Of a stretch of 41,481 nt of DNA, positions 9,369 to 19,700 are shown in pieces. Numbering within the stretch: the stretch's first letter is position 1; each line of letters begins with the position of its first letter. The stretch covers positions 1 to 41,481 of IMG/VR virus record IMGVR_UViG_3300044983_000039, one strand, 5' to 3'. The position numbers and the translations under genes are program-made. Source of the stretch: a virus (Duplodnaviria > Caudoviricetes). Under the pieces are notes generated by a model, which was not told the DNA's origin, made no database searches, and worked only from the letters and a program-made list of their open reading frames with translations.

Positions 9369-10047
9369 ACCAAAAATAAAACTTCACGCACGACACGCGG
9401 AAAACGATTACATCCGAGAGATCGATGAAAAAATCGAACGTAGGGAATATCAATCGGTATTAGGATTTAAGGAAATAGAAGAAAACGGCGCTAAGACCAA
9501 AGACGAAAACATAATCACTGGTTATGCTGCTGTATTTAATAAAGATTCTGAAGACTTCGGAGGATGGGTTGAGCGAATTGCACCAGGGGCATTCGGAGGC
9601 GTGTTAGAAGATGAGTGTTTTGCACTTTTTAACCATGATATGAATATGGTTTTAGGTCGCAACGGAATAAACGTATCTCTGTCACAAGATGATAACGGAT
9701 TACTTTATTCTATCAAGCTCCCGGACACCTCAATCGCTAATGATGTTCGCGCACTTGTGAAAGCAGGGATAATCAATAAATCTTCTTTCGCTTTTACGGT
9801 CGCTGAAGAGAGTTTTATCAAAGCTGATCCTAAAAACAACATGCCTAACATGAGGATCATAAATAAGATTGAACAATTATATGATGTTTCTCCGGTAACA
9901 CGTCCGGCTTATCCTGATACTTCAGTAGCGGCAAGAGGATTTAAAAAAATGGAAGCTCAAGAGGAGATTAGAATGTCATTGCTTGAAATGAGACTTAAAT
10001 CAAACATAAATAAATTAAAATTCAATAAACAATTAAACAAGAACTAA
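9355..10047 (+). CDS. Prohead maturation protease, HK97 family
   Basis: GYAAVFN, ALFNHD, SSFAF, LYDVSPVTRPAYPDT; start uncertain (9319/9349/9355). Confidence 0.93.
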   Translation: METTKPKIKLHARHAENDYIREIDEKIERREYQSVLGFKEIEENGAKTKDENIITGYAAVFNKDSEDFGGWVERIAPGAFGGVLEDECFALFNHDMNMVLGRNGINVSLSQDDNGLLYSIKLPDTSIANDVRALVKAGIINKSSFAFTVAEESFIKADPKNNMPNMRIINKIEQLYDVSPVTRPAYPDTSVAARGFKKMEAQEEIRMSLLEMRLKSNINKLKFNKQLNKN

Positions 10048-10048
10048 A

Positions 10049-11458
10049 ATGGCAGACAAAAAGAAACCTCTGAGTGAGTTGAGCGATCGTGAACTCAGGG
10101 ACATGGGTAATACGGCCCTCAAAAACATGAGTGATCTTTACGAAGATAAAAGAGCCGGAAAAGAAATTACCGCAGATCGCGAAAAACAAGTTGACGATTG
10201 GGAACTTGAAACCAGAGCCGTTGAACAAGAGGTTAACAAAAGGAGAATAGACAATTCTTTTGCTGCTTTGTCTGCTGGCCCTAAAATCCCAGGTACAGAT
10301 ACTGAAAGCGATGAGAAATTTGATCCAAATTTCAAACCTTCTCAGCGTTCTTTTAATGCTGCAATTCGCAAGTTTGAACAGCGTGAAAGGAAATTGAAAT
10401 ATCTCAATCCGGAAGAAAGAAAAATTCTTCAATTGAACAATCATGAAGAAAGAGCGTTTGAAAGTTTGCTCCGCGCTGGATTGAAAGTTGAAAAATTGGG
10501 TGAAGAAGAACGCGCAATTATCAATAACATGGAAACGCGCGCACAAAGTCTTACAACTACTGCTGGTGGTTTCACTGTACCTCAGGGATTCATCCCTAAA
10601 GTTATTCTTTACTTGAAATACATTTCTCCTTTCTTTGATGAACAAGTTACAGGGCCGCAGACTTCAGGAGCAATCGATATTTTTGACGTGTATCGTACAG
10701 ATATGGGTAATGATTTGCCTGTACCTACTAACGATGATACTTCTAACGTAGGTGAACTTTTGGCTGAAAACTCAGACGCTAGTTCTTCATCTGCTGATCT
10801 TGTATTTGCTCAAAAGACCTTTAAGGCTTATAAGTATTCAAGTAAGATGATTAAAGTGTCTAACGAACTTTTGGAAGATACCGGAGTTGACTTAGTTGGA
10901 TTTATTGCGCGTCAACTCGGAACTCGTTTAGGCCGTATTCTTAACACTCATTTTACTACAGGTGACGGTTCGGCAAAACCTTCTGGTATTATCACTGGTC
11001 TTTCTTTGGGTAAACTTGCTGGTACTACAGGGGCATTAGGTTTCCCTGAAATTATTGATTTAGTGCATTCGGTTGATGCTTCTTACCGCAAGAGTCCATC
11101 GGCTCGGTTTATGCTACATGACAAAATCCTTGCAATTCTTAAGAAAGCCACTGTTGGAGCGGCTACTACTAACTCCCGTCCTTTGTGGGCGCCAGGATGG
11201 AATGAAAGCGCACCGGCTACTATTGACGGCACTCAATATATGATTAATAACGATCTTGATTCAACTATCGCTGCTGGTAAGAAATTCATGCTCTATGGAG
11301 ATATGAAAACTTTCGGTGTTCGTTGGGTAAATCAACTTCGTTTATTGAGACTGCAAGAGCGTTATGCTGAATTCGATCAGGTAGCAATGGTAGGATTTAT
11401 CCGCGCGGATTCTCGTTTGCTCAATACAAGCGGCATCAAATATTATGCAGGAACCTAA
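10049..11458 (+). CDS. Major capsid protein, HK97 fold with N-terminal delta domain
   Basis: Helical N-terminus, GGFTVP, VSNELLED, GDGSAKPSGI, YGD, ERYAEFDQV.. RAD. Confidence 0.95.
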   Translation: MADKKKPLSELSDRELRDMGNTALKNMSDLYEDKRAGKEITADREKQVDDWELETRAVEQEVNKRRIDNSFAALSAGPKIPGTDTESDEKFDPNFKPSQRSFNAAIRKFEQRERKLKYLNPEERKILQLNNHEERAFESLLRAGLKVEKLGEEERAIINNMETRAQSLTTTAGGFTVPQGFIPKVILYLKYISPFFDEQVTGPQTSGAIDIFDVYRTDMGNDLPVPTNDDTSNVGELLAENSDASSSSADLVFAQKTFKAYKYSSKMIKVSNELLEDTGVDLVGFIARQLGTRLGRILNTHFTTGDGSAKPSGIITGLSLGKLAGTTGALGFPEIIDLVHSVDASYRKSPSARFMLHDKILAILKKATVGAATTNSRPLWAPGWNESAPATIDGTQYMINNDLDSTIAAGKKFMLYGDMKTFGVRWVNQLRLLRLQERYAEFDQVAMVGFIRADSRLLNTSGIKYYAGT

Positions 11459-12332
11459 AATCCTGTTCTTCCTGGCTGTATGGAAGCGGCCTGAAGTTAC
11501 TGAGTTGTGTTTCATGAGTCTGCAAAGGCTTATGAAACATCGCCCAGGGACGGAGGCATTCGCAGTAATCAGTGAGGAAAGCATGATTCCGCTTTGCAAA
11601 AAGTATGGAATCGATTTTGTCATGCATGAAAACGAACCAGTTGGTAGAAAGAAGAACTTCGGGTTAACGTATGCCATGAAAAAGGATTTTGATTACTTGA
11701 TTGAGTTGGGATCTGATGACGTTATTTTGAATTCGTTCTTTGATTATTATGATCCATTCCTAAAGGCTGGAGATGACTATTTTGTGAGTAATAAATTAAT
11801 CTTCGTTGACATTTACATGACTGATTGCAGAAAATATGAAGCCTTAAACGGAGAATACGGGAGAGGATGGGGATTAGGTAGATGTATGAGTAGAAGATTA
11901 TTAGAATCATTCAGAGGTAAGGTAAAGGTTAAGGCTTTGACAGGTCTTTTTGCTGATGGCGAAGTAGTCGGTGAGGGTTCAATATCATATTTGAGTTCTC
12001 CCGTGGCACAGTCGTTAAAAGCTCAAGGATTTGTAGAAGTATTAGACGATACAACCTCTTATTACTTGTGGACTGATACAGCCAATAGGATGTTAGACAA
12101 TGATTCATCTTATCGTATTGAAAGCAAAGGATTCAAATTAAAAATTGTTGAAAGTGATGAATTTTTTATGGCAGATTTAAAGAGCGATGAAAACATTTGG
12201 GCTTACAATCATGAGATAGGCAAGAAAGGAGATTTAGAAAAATTCCTTAAAGGACTAACTCAGGCTGAAAGAAGTGCATTTTTTGCAACTCAAAAGAAAT
12301 TGAAAGCTAGAAGAATCGAAAGAGCAGCATGA
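11445..12332 (+). CDS. GT-A fold glycosyltransferase 2 with internal insertion
   Basis: Paralogous to 3174..3860 (NEPVGRKKNFG, LIELGSDDVI, GLGRCMSRRLLE, RMLDND); overlaps the capsid gene by 14 nt. Confidence 0.75.
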   Translation: MQEPKILFFLAVWKRPEVTELCFMSLQRLMKHRPGTEAFAVISEESMIPLCKKYGIDFVMHENEPVGRKKNFGLTYAMKKDFDYLIELGSDDVILNSFFDYYDPFLKAGDDYFVSNKLIFVDIYMTDCRKYEALNGEYGRGWGLGRCMSRRLLESFRGKVKVKALTGLFADGEVVGEGSISYLSSPVAQSLKAQGFVEVLDDTTSYYLWTDTANRMLDNDSSYRIESKGFKLKIVESDEFFMADLKSDENIWAYNHEIGKKGDLEKFLKGLTQAERSAFFATQKKLKARRIERAA

Positions 12333-13000
12333 TAACCAGTAGAATAAAATCAGCGCCATCAGTAGAGCCGGTTTCATTAGATGAAGCTAAGGATCAATTA
12401 CGCATTCCAAGGGCTGATACTACCTATGATACTGAAATCACTAGTTTGATAACCGATGCTAGGCAATGGATAGAAAGACGTTATAGCATTTCTTTAATAA
12501 CACAAAGCAGAGTGCAGTATTTAGATCAGCTTTACACTCGTTATCCGGTTTATCAAAACTTTTTAGGGCCATATTATTCGAGGTTTCCGATTAAGTTACT
12601 TTATCCACCTGTACAGTCGATAACATTGTTTAAATATTACGATGCAAGCCAAACACTACAAACATTAACGGAGAATACAGATTTCTATGTATCCGGAAAG
12701 GCTTCACCGGTAGTAGGCGCTCAGGATATTGAGATACCAAGAATATGGCCAGTTAATTCATGGCCTGTTTACAAGTGGATTCCGGACACTATTCAAATAG
12801 AATATGTTTGTGGGTATGGAGCAGACGGAACATACGTTCCTGGCCTGATAAAACGAGCGATTAAAATGGTTTTGTCTCAGTTCTTTGAAAACAGAATGGA
12901 AGAAACAGTTTCTCTGGATCGGTTAGTGAAGTTTGAGATGAGCATAGACAGAGTTATGAGTACTTACGAGATTTTTGAACACGTTGGAATTTACGCATGA
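12329..13000 (+). CDS. Head-tail connector (HK97 gp6/phiE125 gp8-like)
   Basis: EPVSLDEAKDQLRI ... YVCGYG ... VPGLIKRAIKMVLSQFFENR. Confidence 0.9.
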   Translation: MITSRIKSAPSVEPVSLDEAKDQLRIPRADTTYDTEITSLITDARQWIERRYSISLITQSRVQYLDQLYTRYPVYQNFLGPYYSRFPIKLLYPPVQSITLFKYYDASQTLQTLTENTDFYVSGKASPVVGAQDIEIPRIWPVNSWPVYKWIPDTIQIEYVCGYGADGTYVPGLIKRAIKMVLSQFFENRMEETVSLDRLVKFEMSIDRVMSTYEIFEHVGIYA

Positions 13001-13497
13001 TAACCTGTGAACTAAAAGGATTTGACATAATAAAGGCGATGTTTAAAAGCGTTGAACATGAATTATCAACTACTCAGGTTAGAAGTATTTTAGATGTTGC
13101 GGGAAATGTAGTAGCAAAAGAAGCTCGTCAAGAAGTAGAACTAAAAGGAGAACTTGGAACGCTATTAAAGAAAGATATTGCTGTCTATAGAGATAACAAG
13201 AAAAGTGCAAAGAGCGCCGAATATATTTTGATAGGGCCACGATTTAAGCAATACACTATCAGAAATCAGGCAGGTCAAAAAGTTGGGCTGATAGCACAGC
13301 ACATGACAATAGGATTCAGGCAAACAGATCGTAAAACAAGATCAGGAGAAGTAAGAGGACGAGTAGGTGAACAATTTCACAATCCAGTGTCAGGAGCTTT
13401 GCAGACAAAGAAGAACGAAGTAAACGGAGCAATAGAAAAGGGAGTTAATAAGCAATTGAACAAAGTAAAATCAAAATATCCAAGTATAGTAAAATGA
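12997..13497 (+). CDS. HK97 gp10-like neck/tail completion protein
   Basis: ELKGFD...AGNVVAKEAR...GTLLKKDI pattern and position. Confidence 0.65.
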   Translation: MITCELKGFDIIKAMFKSVEHELSTTQVRSILDVAGNVVAKEARQEVELKGELGTLLKKDIAVYRDNKKSAKSAEYILIGPRFKQYTIRNQAGQKVGLIAQHMTIGFRQTDRKTRSGEVRGRVGEQFHNPVSGALQTKKNEVNGAIEKGVNKQLNKVKSKYPSIVK

Positions 13498-13901
13498 ATG
13501 CACAGTTTGCGATAATGAATATTTTACAAAATGATGCCGGTTATTCTGCTATCGTTGGTTCTGGTACTTCTGCTAAAATTTACTATGATGAAGCCATTCA
13601 GACTCAATCTTTGCCTTTTGTAATAATTAAAACTAATAACATCGTTCCTAATGATACTAAAAGCGGGGCAAGTACATTGGATGAGGACTTTGTTTATATA
13701 ACTCATTTTGCTTCAACTAAAACGCAAGTATCAGCAATGTCTTTAGCGGCAAGAACTGCTCTTGATAGAAACACTGGGACATTTGATAGCGTTATCGTAA
13801 AAGGGATTCAGTTTAGAGATCAAATTTCTGATACCGAAAGACTGATAGATAAAAAAGTCTTCACGGAAGAACAATTGTATAAAATAATGACACAACAATA
13901 A
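13494..13901 (+). CDS. Tail terminator (DUF3168-like)
   Basis: KIYYDEA..LPFVI..NDTKSG.STLD..ARTALD; upstream of the tail tube gene. Confidence 0.75.
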   Translation: MNAQFAIMNILQNDAGYSAIVGSGTSAKIYYDEAIQTQSLPFVIIKTNNIVPNDTKSGASTLDEDFVYITHFASTKTQVSAMSLAARTALDRNTGTFDSVIVKGIQFRDQISDTERLIDKKVFTEEQLYKIMTQQ

Positions 13902-13905
13902 AATT

Positions 13906-14316
13906 ATGGCAAAAAGTAACGGAACCAGTTGGAAAATTTACATAGGAAGCACTTCTACTGTAATATCCAACGTAACAAAAATAACGATGTCAGTCGGTCG
14001 TAATATGATTGATGTGACTACGAAAGATTCTAATCACTGGAAGGAAGTATTACCAGGATTGAAGGATGCTAAATTCAGTTTTGATTGCATGATAGATTTT
14101 GCTGCAAGTGGTTATACCCCAGCTCAATTATTCACCGCTCTCGATGCTGGGACTTCTTTGGCGTTTATCCTTTATGATTCTACTTCTGGCGATAAGCAAT
14201 ATCAAGCATCTGGTTATCTTAATAAATGGGATACTAGTAACGGTGTTGAAGATGTTGCTACATTGTCACTTGAAGCCACAGTAACAGGCGCGGTAACACA
14301 AGCTAGCATAACTTAA
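13906..14316 (+). CDS. Major tail tube protein (TP901-1-like)
   Basis: IDVTTKDS..WKEVLPGLK, ATLSLEATVTG. Confidence 0.88.
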   Translation: MAKSNGTSWKIYIGSTSTVISNVTKITMSVGRNMIDVTTKDSNHWKEVLPGLKDAKFSFDCMIDFAASGYTPAQLFTALDAGTSLAFILYDSTSGDKQYQASGYLNKWDTSNGVEDVATLSLEATVTGAVTQASIT

Positions 14317-14317
14317 T

Positions 14318-14656
14318 ATGCCAAATAACTTAATAGAAATCGGAGGAGAAAAACGTCCGGTAAATTTTGGTCGTAACTTTTGGTCAGAAGTAGAACAGAT
14401 TACTAATAAATCGGTAGGTGAGCTTATCGAAATAAAAGAGCTTACCAGTATTCGGAATCAAGTTGCTATAGCTTTCTCTGCTTTAAAATGGGGTGAATAT
14501 GATCCACAAAAAGGCAATGAGCCTAATGTAAAGTTCACAAAGTTCCAAGTTGCTGACTGGATTGATAATAATCCAGATGTCATGGGTGAATTTTATAAGT
14601 TACTAATAGGATCGATGCCAGCAAAAAAAAAGGAAGAGGGAAGCGAAGCAAAATAA
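14318..14656 (+). CDS. Tail assembly chaperone (gpG-like)
   Basis: IEIGGEKRPVNFG, position after tail tube gene, ends in a slippery run. Confidence 0.8.
   Translation: MPNNLIEIGGEKRPVNFGRNFWSEVEQITNKSVGELIEIKELTSIRNQVAIAFSALKWGEYDPQKGNEPNVKFTKFQVADWIDNNPDVMGEFYKLLIGSMPAKKKEEGSEAK
14623..14632 (+). promoter_or_regulatory. Programmed -1 frameshift site (A AAA AAG) giving the G-T fusion
   Basis: 9 A then G; the -1 frame is open from 14629 and in frame with the ATG at 14677. Confidence 0.85.
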
Positions 14657-14676
14657 ACTGGCAAGCCATTGATGAA

Positions 14677-14985
14677 ATGGCTTTAGGACATCTTAGAATT
14701 GATCCTTGGGAATGGGCTAGATGGACGTTAAAAGAATTTAATTTAGCTTATGAAGGATGGGCCAAAGTAAACGTGCAAGAGAAGTGGGAGCAAATACGAG
14801 CCTTAAGTTTTTATTCACTAGCTCCGCACGACTCCAAAGGATCATTAAAAAAGTGGGAAGATGTATTTTCGTTTGCATGGGATAAAAAGAAAAAAGTTTC
14901 ATTCGCTGTTATTGGTAAAATGACAGAAGAGGAAAAGAAAGAATTTGAATTTATAACAAAGAACGCTACGCCTATCAATGGATAA
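14677..14985 (+). CDS. Tail assembly chaperone C-terminal part (gpT-like)
   Basis: LRIDPWEWARWTLKEF..AYEG motif; directly upstream of the tape measure gene. Confidence 0.78.
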   Translation: MALGHLRIDPWEWARWTLKEFNLAYEGWAKVNVQEKWEQIRALSFYSLAPHDSKGSLKKWEDVFSFAWDKKKKVSFAVIGKMTEEEKKEFEFITKNATPING

Positions 14986-16783
14986 TTCATTAGTAGTACA
15001 GTTAGGGATGAATATTCAAAGCCTGGAAGCAGGATTGAATAAGTCTAACTCATTATTAAATGGATTTAAAGATAAGATCGGAGAATTAGGTAAAACTTTT
15101 GTCACTGCCTTTGCAGTGGAGCGTGTCGCTGAATTTGGTGTTGAAATTTCAAAACTAGCAGGGCAAGCTGATGGCGTAAGTAGAGTATTCGATCAAATTA
15201 AAGGTTCGTCAAAGGCGCTTCAGGAAATGACTGAAGCTACTCAGGGAACAGTAAGCCAACTTAATTTGATGAAGTACGCCGTTCAGGCCGATAACTTCAA
15301 TATACCTATCGAGCAAATGGGGAAGCTTTTTGATTTTGCCCATCAAAGAGCATTAGCGACAGGTCAGAGTGTTGACTATTTAGTACAATCTATTGTTACT
15401 GGTATCGGAAGAAAATCTCCTCTTATCCTCGATAACTTAGGTATCAGTGCCGTTACTCTAAGAGAAAAATTAAAAGGTGTAGGAACTGAGACTGCTTCGG
15501 TTGCAGATATTGCAAAAGTAGTGGGCGAAATAGCAACTGAAAGTATTAATAAATTTGGACTTGCCTCAGAAACTACAGCCTCAAAAATGGAGGCGCTTTC
15601 TGCTAGTTGGGAAAATTTCAAAGTAGCCCTTGGACAAACACTGAATCAAGTCGGTGTAATAACTCTTTTGCAGAATTTAACCAAGGCAATGGACGCCTTA
15701 GGGGATGCTTTCAAGAAAAATACACATATAGCGAAAGATGAGGCCGGTAAGCTGGCGGAGTATATTATTTCGGTATTAAATGATAAGAACACCGATAAGG
15801 ATACTTATTTTAAATTTCTGAATGATCTACCTAAAATTGCTCAAGATGCCGGTATACAGATAAAATCATTAACAGATGGAACAAGATCATTTTTCTATAT
15901 TTTCAAAAACCCTGTAAAGTTTGTAGATGAAAAAACTGTTGAAGCTATTAAAAATATCGATTTCTATGAAAAAGAAATTAAATATCTAAGAGAACAGGAA
16001 GGGCAAGCATTAGGCGCAAATCTTACTAAAATACAATCTACTATTGAAGCAGAACAGGCTAAATTAGATGTTCTTAAACTTCAATATCAACTCCAAAGAG
16101 ATGCGGCCAATTCATCGACTCTGGGAAAGATGGCAGGATTTGATACTCAATTCGGACTTGATCCAAAATTAGCTAAGACTAATGTTTCGGCTCCTGCTGA
16201 TGACTTAAATAAAATAACAAAAGCATTACAGGCCGGTAAAAAAGCAATGGATGATTTAGTTAAAAATACGCCCACATATAAAAACTCATTTGACATAATT
16301 TTTGATGAAAGAAAAATAAAGCAATTCGCATTTGTTTTAAATAGCGGAGTACAATCTATTGTTACGGATATGGCTGTTGCATTAGGTTCGTTCGCTTCGG
16401 GGGCGGTTAGTTCAGATCAAATATTTTCAACTTTACTGGCAAGTGTTGGTAATATGGCCATTCAATTAGGACAACTTGCTATTGGCGCAGGTATCGCCAT
16501 AGAAGCTATTCAGGTAGCCCTTACTAGTTTGAACCCAGTGGTAGCAATAGCAGCAGGGATTGCATTAGTGGCCCTTGGATCTGCCGTTAAAGGTGCGGCA
16601 GCTAATATTGCTAAAGGTGGCGGAGGAGGTAGTCATTCGGTTGCTCAATCTTCAGTATCATCCTATGGGAGATCATCAGACAACACAACACAAGTCTATG
16701 GAAGCATTAAAATAAGCGGACAAGATTTGTGGGTAGTTCTTTCTAACTATAAAACGAACTCAAACTATACTCGAATAGGATGA
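14978..16783 (+). CDS. Tape measure protein
   Basis: 601 aa, helical and Ala/Gly rich, GIGRKSPLILDNLGI motif, hydrophobic C-terminal segments. Confidence 0.9.
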   Translation: MDNSLVVQLGMNIQSLEAGLNKSNSLLNGFKDKIGELGKTFVTAFAVERVAEFGVEISKLAGQADGVSRVFDQIKGSSKALQEMTEATQGTVSQLNLMKYAVQADNFNIPIEQMGKLFDFAHQRALATGQSVDYLVQSIVTGIGRKSPLILDNLGISAVTLREKLKGVGTETASVADIAKVVGEIATESINKFGLASETTASKMEALSASWENFKVALGQTLNQVGVITLLQNLTKAMDALGDAFKKNTHIAKDEAGKLAEYIISVLNDKNTDKDTYFKFLNDLPKIAQDAGIQIKSLTDGTRSFFYIFKNPVKFVDEKTVEAIKNIDFYEKEIKYLREQEGQALGANLTKIQSTIEAEQAKLDVLKLQYQLQRDAANSSTLGKMAGFDTQFGLDPKLAKTNVSAPADDLNKITKALQAGKKAMDDLVKNTPTYKNSFDIIFDERKIKQFAFVLNSGVQSIVTDMAVALGSFASGAVSSDQIFSTLLASVGNMAIQLGQLAIGAGIAIEAIQVALTSLNPVVAIAAGIALVALGSAVKGAAANIAKGGGGGSHSVAQSSVSSYGRSSDNTTQVYGSIKISGQDLWVVLSNYKTNSNYTRIG

Positions 16784-19700
16784 GCGCAATTAGATTATTT
16801 AGAATTGCTTTTTATGATAACAGTCCTTACGGTGGTTATATAGCTGAGGATGTAGTAGATATTTATTATGACCCTTCCACTGATGCTGATGTTAACAATC
16901 TATACACAGGATTGAGCGTATACTTAAATGGATCATTGATTACTTCTGGCAATGATATTATACCGGGTATTCCGGCTGTATTCACGCAAAATAATTATAC
17001 TCCATTGATTTGTAAGGATGGGTTTTCGGTGTTCGGGTTACGGCAATTTTCATTTCCATACGTTAAGAAATCAATTTTTAACGATCCTAATTCATGTCAA
17101 ATAGGTGGAGGGGTTTGCAACTTAGCATTTTCACCAAATATAACTTTAACTAACCCTTCTTCAAGTTCTTCGATAGACGGTGTAATTGTAGTGTTAGCGA
17201 CATCAAATAATCCGATAAAATATAAAATTGGAAGTGATTTTGATTATAATGATGGTACAGGGCAATCGAGTGGGACATTCACCTCTTTAATTACCGGGTC
17301 ATATCGTATTTATGCAAGAGATTCACAAAATTGTTCAGCGAATATTTTAGTTAATCTTCCGTTTGATACTACTTATGGAGTAAAGTACACTATCGATTAT
17401 TTAAACCTCGCAGGACACCGATCTAAGATTGACATTCTTGAGAAAGGATATGGCGGAGCTTCTTCGTATATTATAATGGACGGAACACCTTTTACTCTTG
17501 ATTTGAGAGGAGAGGGAGTTTTAGATAAGTTTCAACCAATACTGGCGTCTCAAGCAAATATTTATATTAGCTCACAAACAGATTTACAATTCAGTGAACT
17601 ATTTACCAATGATGCTTCGAAGTATAAAGTAAATTTCTACAAAGATACATCAGGTGGCACATCTTACACACTACAATGGTCTGGCTTTGTAGTGCCTCAG
17701 ATTTATAGCGAACAGTATTCAAATACTCCCTATGTAGTAACAGTACAAGCAACTGATGGACTCCCTAATCTTGGCAAGGTTGCATTTCTTCATGATGATG
17801 GAAATAAATTTATCGGGACGATTCGAGCAATGTCATTATTGGCACTGGCCCTACAAAAAACGAATATTAATCTTTCAATTCGTTGCGGGTGTAATTTGTT
17901 CGCCAATACAATGGCTAGCACTTCATCAGATGACCCTTTAGATCAAGCTTATGTGGATGTTGACACATATTATTTAATAAACGATACACCTACGTGGGCC
18001 GATGTTATTAATGCGATTTTAAAATCATTCAGAGCCAGATTAGTACAAGGTAATGGATTTTGGAATATTTTCAGGCCAGAAGAAATGATTTCATCTTTCA
18101 ATTATCGTGAATTTGATTATACAGGGAACTATCTTTCAAACTCAAGTTATAACCCTGTCACTGAAATAAAATCGGCTGTATCCTCAAATCGTTTACGGTG
18201 GAGCGAACAGAATCAGAATTTAGAAATAAGACCAGGGTACGGTAAACTAAGGGTTAAATACCATTTAGGATACAAGTCTAATATTTTGAGAAATGGAGAT
18301 TTTGGATTGATAAGTACATTCAATTCATTATCCAATGGTTACAACTATTCGATAAATCTTTATGGATGGCAGATTACTAGCCCTACTTATCCGATGACTA
18401 ATTCTTATTCTATCAATACTCCTTCGGATATAAACGATATTTCTTTAATTCTTTCTGGTGCTTTAGGTGATGTTACTAAACCTTACGGGTATATCCAAAG
18501 CGACAATTATATGTTGGCTATGGGTTCGGTTAATCAAATAAAATTTTCAATAAATGTAAAATGTCCTGCTCCTTATGTTTATGGATTAGCTGTAGACGGA
18601 TCTGGAAATACGGTAGTGATAGCAACCACTATAAAAATACCTTATCAAAAAATACGTGCTAGGATTTATTATGGTGCAAAATATTTACAAAATGATGGCA
18701 CATGGACTAATATACCTACTGATTTAATTTTCTATTGCACTCAATTCGATCAGTTTGTAGATTTTTCAATTCAAGCTAATTGGCCAGATCCTACTTATAC
18801 TATAGCGAAACAATTTTATGTTAGAGTTTATCACAGCACAGAGAATGATTATGATTTCACAACCTCAGGACAATTAAAAGCAAAGATTACTAACTCTAAT
18901 TATGGCACTCATAGCGCACGCGGAAATTATGATGCTTCTACCGGGGTGTTTCCGTCCTCAGGAGGTAGCGGAGGAGCTGGGGCTATTGTGGCCGGTGATC
19001 GTTGGACGGTAAATGTTCAGGGTTCAATTTATGGAGTTCTTTGTATTGTAAGTACTAAAATAACTTGCATTAACTCGACACCTGGACAAGACCCTGAAAA
19101 CTGGTTAATCGGTGATTTAACTATACCTACAGGCACAAGGACGGAAGTTTATGGATTAAGTGGTATTGCAGGAATAGCTTATTATGAGTTTCAAAATAAT
19201 ACTTCTGCTGAATCAATACCTTCAATTATTCGCCCTAACGATTACGATGTAACTAATAATCCTAACCAATGGGTTTTAATAACTTCAACCAATACTCCTT
19301 CACAAAGACCTAGTATTGATTTTTATATCAACAAAGTTCAGGTGCAATATTTAGTGAATGGTACTAGCCCGTTTGACGCGTTGATAACAGAGATAACAGG
19401 GGAGACGAATAATTTACTAGCGGTTGAGGATGATATTTTTCATGCTTCTTTAGAAGAGCTAATGGATTCAATTACTACTAGTGTTCTAGTTACTAATTTA
19501 AGAAACGGCTCACCAAATCCGTTAGTAAGAGACAACCCATTGGATCTTTCTTTATCTGGGCAGTTTCCGAGTAATACAACAATTTTTCCAAACATTTTAA
19601 AGGTTCAGCTTATTCAAAATGTTTTAGCTGGAGATATTATTTACGCTGGCTATTATCGCGATTCTTCAGGCGTAGGATACACAGATTGGACACGAAACGG

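Noticed and set aside
10022-10645. 207-aa antisense ORF and similar shadow ORFs (7889..8260, 11342..11677, 26125..26400, 28696..29019, 29472..29825, 38106..38402)
   Set aside because: They lie opposite well-supported genes and show no recognisable motifs.
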